Source: Octopus vulgaris
Taxonomy: Eukaryota
Length of the DNA stretch: 64,000 nt
Assembly (NCBI GenBank): GCA_951406725.2
Contig: OX597823.1
Coordinates: 49,724,001-49,788,000, forward strand
Reading direction: 5' to 3'
The notes under the pieces were generated by a model that was not told the origin of the DNA, ran no database searches, and saw nothing but the letters and a program-made list of their open reading frames with translations. A program made the position numbers and the translations under genes. Positions 40,700 to 54,459 of the stretch are shown piece after piece (the stretch's first letter is position 1; the number at the start of each line of letters is the position of its first letter).

Positions 40700-42900
40700 C
40701 ATTATTTCAGTTGCTGCTGAGTTATGCATTGTCGGAAATGACAGATGAATATCATACCATTCATCAGGATATGAAATGTTTTCTCATTTATTGAGCTCTC
40801 TGCAAAACTGCTTTGTATAAAGTTACACTTTCATCATATCTGAGATATTTCAGAATGTAAAAAATGCAATGAAGTTGGAGAAAGATCAAATATGAATAAT
40901 AATAATAATTAAACTTTAATCTTAAAAAATGTAATAATGAAATGTTTCAGATGAAGATGCTGTTTTGTCTTAGTTGCTTTTGAAGATTGTGAAGCAGAGA
41001 AGAATATGTCCAGTTGTGTGGTAGCTTTGACTTTGTATAATGTTATGATTAGACAATGTGCTTTTTAAGTATGGACAAAGACGGGTTGTAAATTGTATAG
41101 TATGGTACATGTCTCAGAATTCTTATACCAAAATTTTATTGTCAATAGATGAGACAAGGACTGGGCATATGAAGAGGAATTGGGGTTAAATTTAGTGTTG
41201 TATGGGAGTGGGCTCAGTGAAAATGGCAAGATTAGCCAACGGGTGTCATTCAGTTCTTGTCAGTTGTTCATGGCTGGTTTGTATTGACTAATAACATTTT
41301 TTTTTTTTAATCCGTAAGTTCTCGATATTTTGGTCTGCAGCTCTGACAGGAATTGCGATGCTGTGACTGTGACATTTAACCAATGAAAAGAATGTGGGTG
41401 TAGATGGGTAAGGTGGTGAGGTTGGGGGATTTTCTTTGATGCAAATGAGAAAGTGCTGAATTATGCTATTAATTTTGCAAACATAGCATTCATTACATAG
41501 AATGTGATAGATGATCTAAGCTTGAACCCACATGTCTCTGCTGCAGACAGTGCAGGGTACCCCAGATCTTTTATAGCACTTGTGGTATGTTTCATCATAG
41601 TATCCTGATCAAGTGAAGGTCATTGAAATATACTTTGTACAGTCCATCTGAGATTTGAACTATTGTTCCATTATTTAGAAACTGTTTAAAATGTAATTCC
41701 ATTTCCTTCTTGAGCCTTTCTTTATTTGGATATTCTTTGTTAATATTGTATAAATATTTTATTAAAACTATTTTTCTTACAAATGACTGTGAATACCATT
41801 CCATTCAAGTCAGGGGCTAGTTCTACCTCACAGGCCACACACTCTCCTTCATAAGATATGGATTATTGTTTAGCAGAGAAAAAAGTTCCTTCTGCAAAAG
41901 AAATGTATTTCACCTCATACTTTTTGAGCTTTAAATGTTTTGGTGTGTGTAGTTTATAAAAGTGTGCTGTTGTCCATTAGTCCCTGTTTGATTCTTTCCC
42001 TTGTAAGTGAATGGACTGGTGCTATCATGAGAGGTGCTTCCTGGCTGTTCACTGGTATTTGTTGTTGTTGTTGCTGTGATTGGCTTCCCTTGTCTTTTTT
42101 GGTTGTGGTTCAGAGGAAGGGCTTTTGGCTCTCATAACTCACTCTTGAGGACTGAGCAGTTTCACTTGCCAGCTCATGGGATGTGCCTTGTGTTACCCTA
42201 GAGCTGACAACCTTCAGGAACTGATACTGTTACTTTTATACTTTTGGATTTTCTATGTAGAAAGCTTTTAAGTGGGTTTTACTTCCACATATGTAACAGC
42301 TGGGTCATCTATCTTTCTCTCAGCACTCTCAGTCCGAGTATAAGTTTATGGGATCACAAAGATTTGTATGTCCATAGTGATCCCACCTGACCACATATTG
42401 CCAAATGTCACATCTGCATTTATCATCTATCCATATTGTTCCACAAAAGGAACTTCTAGTCAAGAGTTGACACCCTCACCAATGACCTTGACCTTTGTGT
42501 TCCTTCTTTGCAAATACTGTGGAACCACTTTATGGGCTGGTGTCTTACACACTATTTAGGCTTAGGTTTTTGTTCCATCCTCTATCTAAAAAATGACACA
42601 GTGCAATATGTTCTTCCTTTCATAATGAAGGATATGTCTCTTAAAGCATCTGCCAGACCTACCTCCACTTTAAGTTTAGACAGAATAAAAAACTCATTGT
42701 GTTTTTAGCAAGACAGAATTACATTATTTTTCTCCTCTAATGGGCTTCTGTAATAACTTGTAGAAAGCTGGTCTGTTTGCTGCACAAAATGTTGCCAAAC
42801 ATTTAATCTTTCAAAAAATGTATCATATAGAGAGTTTTCCTCTTGGACAAAATACTTGTAAAAGTCACTTTATTGTCATTTGTATTTGAAAACAAAGCAA
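40700..42900 (-). pseudogene. Heavily decayed L1/Tx1-like LINE: ORF1 (RRM-like plus CCHC knuckle) and start of ORF2 APE endonuclease
   Basis: Minus-strand peptides ISFIMKGRTY, PQYL..RNTKVKVIG, PSCYICGSKTHLKAF (knuckle) and VRAADQNIENLRIKK..YKP...QEL (APE N-terminus). Many stops and frameshifts. Confidence 0.55.
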
Positions 42901-44153
42901 TACATGAATACATACAATAGCTTTAGTTGTTGACAACAAGATTGATGGTTTTCTTTTTGCTTGTGTAAGTTATTAATATTTTGCACAGCAATTAAATTAG
43001 CATTTGGTAATTTTTTCTCACTTTCTGCATGTGTACTGTACACTTTGTACATTTTCTGCTTTCTTTTTGGAGATGTGGTGTGAAATGCATATAGGCCATT
43101 TTTTCTCTTTATTTTTAACAGAGATGTGAACAAGAAAATAAAAATTTTGTTTGAAAATATAACACAAACTTCATTTTTTACCTTTAACAACCCCTGTAAG
43201 GGATGATTCCAAACTGTATTAAGTTATCTGTATATGAATATCTTTGGTAAAAATTCCATTTCATTGTGTAAAATTTTTGCTTTGAAGAAAGACTTGTAAA
43301 AACATGAAGACTTTACCAGAACTGAATAATAATAATAACCCTTTCTACTAAAGGCAGAAGACCTGAAATTATAGGGGAAAGGACTAGTCGGTTATATTGA
43401 CTCCAGTACTCAACTGGTACTTATTTTATTGACCCCAGAAGTATGAAAGACAAAATCACTTTGGCAGAATTTAAACTCAGAATGTAAAGATGAGTGAAAC
43501 ATGGCTAAGTATTTTCCCCAGTTTGTTAATGATTCTGCCAGCTCTCTGCCTTAATAATAACGATGATGATGAGGAGTAGGATGATGAGGATGATGATGAT
43601 GATGATTTCTTTTATTAAAAATAAAATTTATATACATTTCTATAACTTTGAATTTCCATATTATTGAAAAAATTAAAAAAAGTCATGTTTGCTTAGGAAA
43701 ATATATATTGTGTTACTCACAATTATAGCAAAGAAATCAAAATGTCAAAATGAAAGGAGTCAAGTTAGTCACAGCTACTCATCTTCATCATCATCATCAT
43801 CATCAATATCATCATCATCATCATCATTATACTTCATCTTTATGATAACTTACTTATAAACGCATAGTGGGATTTTTGAGCTCATTACTATAGATCGTTA
43901 ACAAAATTTTAAAAATACAAACAAACCTACTCATCAATTATATGGTAGAACACCTTCAACTTTCATTTAGGTGAATCAGGAATAACTTATAACTAAGTGT
44001 CGCTCTCATAATAACATCAAATTGTTGGAGACAGGAAAATAGCAAGATACTGTTTTGCAGATCAGTTCAAGGCTTGGGTTTTATTCCATCATCTGTTTTA
44101 AAGAACACAAATAGTGTCATATTCTCTTCCTTTTACAATGAAGGATGTGTCTC

Positions 44154-44381
44154 TTAACTATTTAGCATTTAAACTGGTCATATCAAGCCAAAGTAATCTA
44201 CCTGTTTTATCTTCAAACTAGCCAGATCTGGCCTCTCATACTTACCCTACAAAATTATTCTAAAAATAAACAGTCATGTCATTGTAATCTCAAAGCTGCA
44301 AGGTAATGCATAACCAATTCATATCAATGTGAAGAAGTATGTATTACATTTGACAGAGAAACCTGAATGCCTAAGAGTTAA
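44154..44381. mobile_element. piggyBac-type MITE inserted at TTAA in a second ORF1 fragment
   Basis: TTAA on both sides. The flanks match the empty site at 42601-42710. Confidence 0.8.
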
Positions 44382-44934
44382 AGTATCTGCCAGCTTGAGT
44401 CTGGACAGAATAAAAAAATTCATGCGGTGTTATGGTTTGATGTTGGTATATGGGTATTTTCAAAGTACCTGTTACCCATTTACCAGCATCATACCATGAC
44501 GCCATGTGACTTTCTTTGAACAATCACAGCCCACATATATGACAATCAACTTCTGTCATTCAAATTTAAATTGGCTAACGACTAGCATCATGCTCGAAAC
44601 GCAAGAGTACCAAGAGTGACTGTGGGGTAAGTAGCTTACTTCTCAACCACATGGTTCCAGGTTCAGTTCCACTGTGTGGCACCTTGGGCAAGTGTCTTCT
44701 GCTATAGCCTCGGACCAACCAAAGCCTTGTGAGTGGATTTGGTAGGTGGAAATTGAAAGTAGCCCATCATATATGTATATATGATTGTGTGTCTGTGTTT
44801 CTCCCCTACCATCACTTGACAACCAATGTTGGTGCTCCAGCATGACTGCAGTCAAATGACTGAAACAAATAAAAGAATAAAACAATATATATATATACAA
44901 TTATACATATACATATACATACACATATATATAC

Positions 44935-45000
<66 letters not shown>

Positions 45001-45002
45001 AA

Positions 45003-45215
45003 CAGGGTGGCCCAAAAGTAGGTTTACATTATTATGTAGGCACTTTAAATTTTTTTTAAACATTTTATTACATTTAAATTTCTATCTTGCAATTAACTAA
45101 ATTAGCATAGAATAATAGTTTCATATCTTTTTTTTTATAATTAAGATCTAAACAGTTTATATATGAATGTGAAAAGAAAGTTGAATAACTATAAACCTAC
45201 TTTTGGGCCACCCTA
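45003..45215. mobile_element. Tc1/mariner-derived MITE
   Basis: TIR CAGGGTGGCCCAAAAGTAGGTTTA. Sister of 4597-4831. Confidence 0.8.
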
Positions 45216-45247
45216 CACACACACACACACACACATATATACATGCA

Positions 45248-45291
<44 letters not shown>

Positions 45292-45355
45292 TATATCATC
45301 ATTGTTGTCGTCATCATCGTCATCATCGTCATCATCATTATCTTCATCATCATCC

Positions 45356-45439
<84 letters not shown>

Positions 45440-45899
45440 TTTCTTCTTCTTCTTCTTCTTCTTCTTCTTCTTCTTCTTTGTTTTAATGCCTGTTTTTGAA
45501 GTGAGGATGAATTGGAAGGGTCTGCCACACAACAAATTCTGTTATGTTTTGACCTTGCATCTAATCTTTTGGTTTGTGAGTCATAGTTAACGTTTTGAGA
45601 TCTGATCACTGCTACTTTTTCCATTTAAACTATACCACAATCTCCCCCATACACAGACACACACACACACCTCAGTACCAATCCAGCCACCTTGGTAACA
45701 GAAACCATCTAATATATCTAATGAGCTTCAGAGCTTTTCATAGACTTCATATCAGGGCTAACTTTACTTTCAACTACACTGATGTTCAGGTTTTCTATCG
45801 GTTTGTCAGAGATCTTCAGGCATCTTCAGTTTTGTTTTTTTTTTGTTTTTTTTTTTGTTTTGTTTTTTTTTATACAATTTTATACCAAGCAAAGTTTGG

Positions 45900-46260
45900 G
45901 ATCACTGCAGCATAAGGCACAACAAAGAAGGGGCCTACAAATGTTTAAAAAATGTCAGTTCCAAGAAAGATTAAAGAGCTGAGTGTCATTGTACGGAGGT
46001 AAACAATATTGATGGTAGTGAGTTCCAGAGAGTTGCGGTTCAACTGTCAGAAAGACTTATGACTATGTTAAAAGGACTTATGACTAACAGGAAGCTAAAC
46101 ACATAATGATGTGCCTGGGAAGAAAAGCAGGTGACACATTTAATTAAAGGTGTTGACAGAAGGTACTAGACCAGAAAGTTCATCAGAGCAATGACCATGG
46201 AAATACTTGTTGAAAAGACACAATGGAGATATATTTCAATGATGAGCCAAATACTTCAGC
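45900..46260 (-). mobile_element. CR1/L2-like LINE 3' end
   Basis: Minus-strand TATLWNSLPS motif typical of CR1/L2/Jockey C-termini. Confidence 0.5.
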
Positions 46261-46851
46261 TTTGTAGGAGGAAGTGGACCCACATTATTAACAACATAAT
46301 ACTAAATTTGATCAAGTAAGTTAAGACCATGAGAGGGGACACCAGTTTGCATTGAGTATGCAATATCAAGTTACTACTAACTCCTTTATCATATACCAAA
46401 CAAAACCACTTTCAGATAATTGAAGGATTTTTTGTTGTTTTTCTGTTAATTAATATTTTATTTTAAGCTGTAGGGAACTTTAAAAAACTACGGATTTTAG
46501 ATCAGTAGTCCATATGACCATATGGGGGTCCATATAAGATTTGTTGGGGTCCACACAAACGAAATAGCAAATTGGAGATTCACAGTAGTATTTTAGGGGT
46601 CCCTGAAAAAATTTTGCAAGATACAGTTAGGTTTCTTTCTTTAAGAATTTTATATAGTCCAAACTACACTAGTTAACAAGTAAAAAACCAACAGGAATTT
46701 CAAAAGAAGTATCTATAAAACTCGTAGCTTCAAAATTTCAACAATGTGACTGTTTATTTTTAGAATGACATTGTAGAGAATGTGTGAGGGCCTGGATAAA
46801 GCTGGTTTGATCATAAAATAAGATAGAATATTTGGGCCAAATGTAGGCAGT

Positions 46852-47608
46852 TTAACCCTTCAGTTTTCAGATTATTCTGTCAAATGTAATACTTGTTTAT
46901 TTATATTGTGACGTATATTTGCCATTTAAATATGGCTAACCCCTAAGGGTGGATGCTACTGTAGTTTGTAGCCCCAAGAGGACACCTCCTCCAGCTGGCT
47001 TTAGACACACTTTCTGTGCCCTATCAGTGTTTGCAAAGGGAAGCCATCCTTCCCGTCTTCAACTTATGATACACAAGGACTCGAGTTTCTGGGGCTACAA
47101 TCTACAGTAGCATCCACCCTTAGGGGTTAGCCATATTTAAATAGCAAATATACGTCATGATGTATTGCAGCTACTGTTTATAACTCACTCTAAGATTTAT
47201 TTATATTGTTTTGAATTAATCATGCATTATCTTGTAGTTTAGAGGTGTCGATGATGTGATTGTTTAGTATTAGAATGACACTGTAGGGATAAGGTGAGAA
47301 GCCAGATATGGCCAGAAAAGGTTAACACACCGGGTGAAATACTTAGCGGTATTTCGTCTGCTGCTACGTTCTGAGTTCAAATTCCGCCAAGGTCGAATTT
47401 GCCTTTCATCCTTTCGTGGTCAATTAAATAAGTACCAGTTACACACTAGGGTTGATATAATTGACTTAATCCATTTGTCTGTCCTTGTTTGTCCCCTCTG
47501 TGTGTAGCCCCTTGTGGGCAGTAAAGAAATAAGATATGGCCAGTTTCAATATAAAACAGGTTAAATATTTTGGTCAGATGTGGCTGGGTTTGTATGCAAA
47601 AGGGTTAA
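46852..47608. mobile_element. piggyBac-type MITE with a nested palindromic element (46909-47196) and SINE (47315-47530)
   Basis: TTAACCCTT...AAGGGTTAA. TSDs TTTATTTATATTG and AGATATGGCCAG. Confidence 0.8.
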
Positions 47609-47809
47609 ACTCTTTTATAAGCCACTCCTTTGCATTTATGTTTCTTAATACTTGCCAAAGAACACAAAACGAACACAGCATGGGTATATACCAAATGTCT
47701 GTTCAAAGTTAACAAATGGAAAGGAAAGATGTTTCCTCTAAATGACAGCACAATAAATTATTATTTTATATATGCAATAGAAAAAAAAACACCAATTTTC
47801 TTGTGTGTA

Positions 47810-48575
<766 letters not shown>

Positions 48576-48944
48576 GATTTCTTTTTTTTTTTTTTTTCAT
48601 GGTTTACTGGTTGGATGCTCTTCAGCAGCATAAACACTTGTGACTTAGAAGCACAGAATAAAAAGTGAACTTTCCCACACTCTAACTTTTTTGACTCCTT
48701 GTCAAACAAGTTTATATGAGATTGCATTAGTTTGTATCCTCATTGAATTTAAAATTACAAAAATATATCCTTTATTCAGTTCAAGTTGATGAATCAAAAA
48801 CTACATAGATTTAATTAAGAATGTGTATGTGTGTGTGTGAGGTGTGTGTGTGTACATGTATGAGTGTCTGTGTATGTATGTGTGTGCATGTGTACATGTC
48901 TGTGTGTGAGACTTCGTATATGTATGTATGTGTATGTATATGTG

Positions 48945-49059
<115 letters not shown>

Positions 49060-49377
49060 GTTGATACTGTACTACTGAATAGTTAAGAAGTCCACTTTAC
49101 AATTTCAAGGCTCTGGGTTCAATTCTACCACATAGTACCTTGAGTGAGTGTCATTTGCTATAGACCTGGTTCAACCCAAGCCTTGTGAGTGAAACTGAGT
49201 TATGGAATACTCAAGGGCAAAAGTGTCAAAGATTCATTTAATTAGTTGTGTGTGTGTGTGTAGGGGTGCGTGTCCATGTGTGTAGATAGACAGACAGATG
49301 GACTGACAGACAGCAGACAGACAGTTATGTAGATAAATAACTAGATAAAAAAAAACAGATAGAAAGAAAGGCAAATG

Positions 49378-49469
<92 letters not shown>

Positions 49470-49528
49470 GTTTGATAGATAGACAGATAGACAGACAGAT
49501 AGACAAACAGGTAGACTGAGAGACTGAC

Positions 49529-49560
<32 letters not shown>

Positions 49561-49582
49561 ATATGTACATACACACACACAC

Positions 49583-49631
<49 letters not shown>

Positions 49632-49763
49632 GAGAGAGAGAGATAGATAAATAGATAGATAGATAGATAGATGATAGATAGATAGATAGATAGATAGACA
49701 GATAGGTAGATAGATAGATAGATATAGACATATATATGTATGTATGTATGCATATATGTATAG

Positions 49764-49799
<36 letters not shown>

Positions 49800-49970
49800 T
49801 ACAGAGTGAGGGGGAGGGGAGAGGGGGGAGAGAGAAAGAAAACGTGAGAGACAAGCAGACAGCCAGATAGATAGATTATGGATTATAGTCGAAACAAACG
49901 TTTCAGTTACATTATACGTTGCCTTAGGCAAGGTAGAGCACTCTGCTCTAACCTACTTTAAACTACTTAC

Positions 49971-50062
49971 CTGAACAAAAGGTTATGCTTCAAACAAGTT
50001 TCCACTATTTGCTTCATAAAAGAGGTGTTCCAGCTGTGATGTAATGACTTGCAGGAATGCAT
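49971..50062 (-). CDS. Candidate alternative first coding exon MHSCKSLHHSWNTSFMKQIVETCLKHNLLF(R/S)
   Basis: Open frame ending TTC AG|GTAAGT (phase 2, same as the exon at 611), in unique sequence between microsatellites. No protein homology recognised. Confidence 0.4.
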
Positions 50063-50714
50063 GCAAATGCCTGCATTTACAAACCGATTCCTTTCAGGTT
50101 CCTAAAAGATGCACAGACATTCTCTATATCCCACTGACCTTCCTGAAGCATCTGGTTGGGTTGTGAAGATGCCTACTGCAATTTTTAACTCTGTTTTTTT
50201 TTTTTTATGTGTGTGTGTGTGTGTTTTGTTTTTTATTTATTTATTTTTTTGTTTTTGTTTTTGTGGCCTTTGTTAATCTAGGTACAGTTGTTGCTGTTAC
50301 AGTTGTGAAGGACTTGTGTAGCCTGCGCTCACATGCATAAATATGCACACGCATGCATGCACATGTATGGAAAGATACATGGGCACGACTGTGCATACCT
50401 ATATAAACATCTGCATATACTCCCAAACAGGCACGTGTACATATGTTCATGTATTTGTATGCATGAACACAGATACACATGCATGAATACACACTCACAC
50501 ACACACACACACACACACGCACATGTACTTACATGCATAAATGCACCCACATATTCACACAGCTATACACACTACACACTTTCTCATAAGACTTATACAC
50601 ATAGATCTGTCCATATATGTGCATAGATAAGCATTCATTACACATACATAAACGCTTATTGCAAATGCACATACACACATGTACAGACATACATTAACAC
50701 ACTCACACCAGAGT

Positions 50715-51245
50715 CATCATCATCATCATCATCATCATCGTTTAACGTCCGCTTTCCATGCTAGCATGGGTTGGACGATTTGACTGAGGTCTGGTGAACC
50801 AGATGGCTGCACCAGAGTCCAATCTGATCTGGCAGAGTTTCTACAGCTGGATGCCCTTTCTAACGCCAATTACTCCGAGAGTGTAGTGGGTAGTTTTACG
50901 TGCCACCGGCATGAGAGCCAGTCAGGCGGTACTTGCAATGGCCATGCTCAAATGGTGCTTTTTATGTGCCACCTGCACAGGAGCCAGTCCTGCGGCACTG
51001 GCAACGATCTCACTCGAATGATTTTTCATGTGCCACCAGCACAAGTGCCAGTAAGGCGACGCTGGTAACGATCACACTCGAATAGTGCTTTTTACGTGCC
51101 ACCGGCACAGAAGCCAGTTAGCTGCTCTGGCAACGATCATGCTAGGATGGTGCTCTTAGCACTCCACTAGCACCAATGCCAGTCATCGAATTTGATTTCG
51201 ATTTCACTTGCCTCAACAGCAGAGTTTAGTGTCCAATGAAGGAAA
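50715..51245 (-). mobile_element. RTE-type 3'UTR with internal tandem repeats and (GAT)n tail
   Basis: Close homolog of 9230-9830. Confidence 0.8.
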
Positions 51246-52392
51246 AGGAAAAGAGTGTGTTTAAGTATTTATGTACATGTCTATGAGAATTCAGATGATA
51301 CATTTGTCCAAGTTTTGAACAATGAAAAGGGGAGGTGATGTAACGATCAAACAAATATTTTCTTTAAAAAAAAAGTAAGCTGAAAGTAACCCATGGGCTT
51401 AAAATCAGCCTTGTTCCACTATACAAAATTATTCTTTAGAGCTCTACACTTCATTATCTTTATCATTGTTGTTGTTTAATATCTGGCAGGGATTGGATGG
51501 TTTGACTGAGGACTGGCAAGCTGGGAGGCTGATACAGGCTCCAATCTGATTTTTTAAGGTCCACTCAGCTGGCAAAAATAAGAAATTCTGCAGCAGATCC
51601 TGTCCAGGTGGAGAGTGTATACATCATGGAAACTGACAGTAATGAGTTGGTATGACTCGAGAACATAACTTTACCTTTTACACAGGGAAACTAGCAGCCA
51701 ATCTGTTTATATATTCAGCAATTACAGTAGCTACAGAAACCTGGAATGACTAATTCGCATACTGTATTTGTTAGTGCTTTATTTTTAATATCAGGGACCT
51801 GTCTACAGGGATCTCAGTCCATACAGTATCAAGGTATGAGATAATATATGTAACCTATATAGTACCTATATAAACGGAGAAAATTTCTCTGTAGATTGAA
51901 AAATATGATGAACAACCTCAATTGATTTTCAAATTTAATTGGGTTCTCATTAGAGGCAGCTCAGCTCTTTTTTTCTGAATTAGTTAATTTTTCCCATAAT
52001 GAAAGAGTTGATTTCTAATTAAGCAATTAACTCCATCACAAGAATTTAGATAGCAACACTGGGGAAAAGTTACATATTGAACCATAAAAAAGTCTTGCAT
52101 ATTTTTCCTGTTCCATTATATTTGTAAAGTGTGTGTTAGCTGGTCACTTTCTTTACTTGAAAACCCTAGTTTTTTTAGATTATTAGATATTTGATAACTT
52201 GATCATTTGCAGTAATGAATATAGATATAAACATAGACAGAGAAACTGTAGGTTTTGAAATAGTCATTTCTTTTTCATTGCATTTAAAAGAAATGTTTGC
52301 ATCTTCATAGCATATATAAATATACATAAGGGTAATCTTGCTCTCCAACTTAACATGAAGTTTGTGCTATAACATAGAATACTGTGGTATTT

Positions 52393-52748
52393 AGGGTAAA
52401 GGGTATAAGGGTAAAGATCCCCTTTGGTCATGAATGACCATGGGATTGCACTTCGAAAGTTACCCTCCAAGGTACAAGTTTGGGCAAAGGTTTTATGGAA
52501 GACCAGCAGTTGCCCATGCATACCAGCCTCTCCTTTCCATGCCACTGATGTAATCCAAGGGAAAGGCAAAAGCCAGTACAGCTTGGCACCAATGACATCA
52601 CAGCTCATTTCTACAGCTGAGTGAACTGGAACAATGTGAAATATAGTGTCTTGCTCAAGAACACAACACACAGTCCAGTCTGGGAAGTGAACTCACTACC
52701 TCATGGTTGCAAGCCTAATGTTCTAACCACTGAGCCATGTGCCTTCAT
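52393..52748 (-). mobile_element. Full-length tRNA-derived SINE with 12-bp TSD
   Basis: TSD CTGTGGTATTTA on both sides, A-box and B-box, (TACCCTT)n-like tail. Confidence 0.85.
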
Positions 52749-53252
52749 TCTGTGGTATTTATCTTGAGAGGATCTGTCATAAGGATTCATCATGCATAAA
52801 AAGCACATGTAATTATATTTTTGACAGAACTGCCAGATCAAGTAATTTCACTCTGCTATGGGTTCTTCAGTGACAGATGTCCAGCAGCATGATAACAGCC
52901 AAATCTTCCATCAATGATATGTAGAAGCTCAGTGTTTTTTCAGGCTATGATGTTGCAAATAGCCAGTAAGCTTATTAAAAAATAATTAATAGCAACAGAA
53001 GCAGTATTAGTACCAAAAGGTGATCTTGATCTCCAACTTAACGTGAAGGCTGAGTTAGAACACACAGTACTATGTTATTTACCTTGAGAGGGTCTCTCAT
53101 AAGTACACATGGTGATCTGGAAGCTCCAGTAGCCATAGCAGATGATTCTTGTCTGTCAACTATATAATTACATATGCTTTTATGCACCACAAGTCCTTAT
53201 GGGAAATCCTTTCAAGGTATCTAATGCAGTATACTGTGTTCTAGCACAACTC

Positions 53253-53719
53253 CCATGTCTTCATGTACTACCTGCCTGATAAGAAACTCAGACACTTCCA
53301 TGTCCCTGGCAATGAACCTGATTGACTTGGAAGGATCATTGTGACTCATGGCCTGGATCTCACCAAGAAATTCAGGAGTTCTTTTCTTATCAGAATGATC
53401 AGGGTGAATTTTCTGAGCTGCTGTATCTTCATAATCACCATTAGATTCATCCAACTCTTTCCAAATCCTTTGCACTATCTTCAGATTGACTCCCAAACAC
53501 TCTGAAATGTTCACACTGGAGCTTCTGGCATGAATGTCAAGTTGTGCAGCATGTTGTTTCCAAATTTCTGGCAGAGTGATTTGTGTCATGGTGCTGTTTT
53601 TCTCACTGATGGTGCCCAACTGCCCCTACTATACTGTGTTGTCGACAAAATCAAAAACAAACAATGTGCATGAGCGAAATTAGAAATATAAAACGGCACA
53701 ATTTACTCATCGCACCCTG
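53253..53719 (-). mobile_element. maT/DD37D-like transposon 5' fragment
   Basis: TIR CAGGGTGCG. Peptide KKRTPEFLGEIQAMSHNDPSKSIRFIARDMEVSEFLIRQVVHED. Confidence 0.75.
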
Positions 53720-54018
53720 TATATATGTAGTCAACAATGATTCTGCTTTTATATCAGGGTATGTCTTTCCTATCAATAGCATTCTATACATACACACACT
53801 ACCTAGGATTGTAGCACTTGTACAAAATAGTTGTGATAATGAAAGGGTGCATGAGAAGCAGATTTTTTTCTGTTATGAATGACCAAATTTGAACATTTCT
53901 TTTGAAAATATTACATTCTTCTATCTGCTGAAAATATTGCTGTTAACTTCTGCAGTATCTTAGTTAGCATTGTACACATGTAGTATGCATTTAAGTATAC
54001 AGATATGCATGTATATAC

Positions 54019-54049
<31 letters not shown>

Positions 54050-54395
54050 TGTATGTATGTATGTATGTATGTATGTATGTATGTATGTGTGTGTGTGTGT
54101 GTGTGTGTGTGAATGTATGTATGTATGTATGTATGTATGTATGTATGTATGTATGTATGTATGTATGTATGTATGTGTTTGTGTATGCGTGTATGCATGC
54201 ATGCATGTATGTATGTATGTATGTATGTATGTATGTATGTATGTATGCATGCATGCATGTATGTATGTATGTATGTATGTATGTATGTATGTATGTATGT
54301 ATGTATGTATGTGCAACATGCATATGTATATCTGTATGAAAGTATGTATGTATGTATACATGTTCTATATATGTATGCATATATATGTGTGTGCA

Positions 54396-54459
<64 letters not shown>

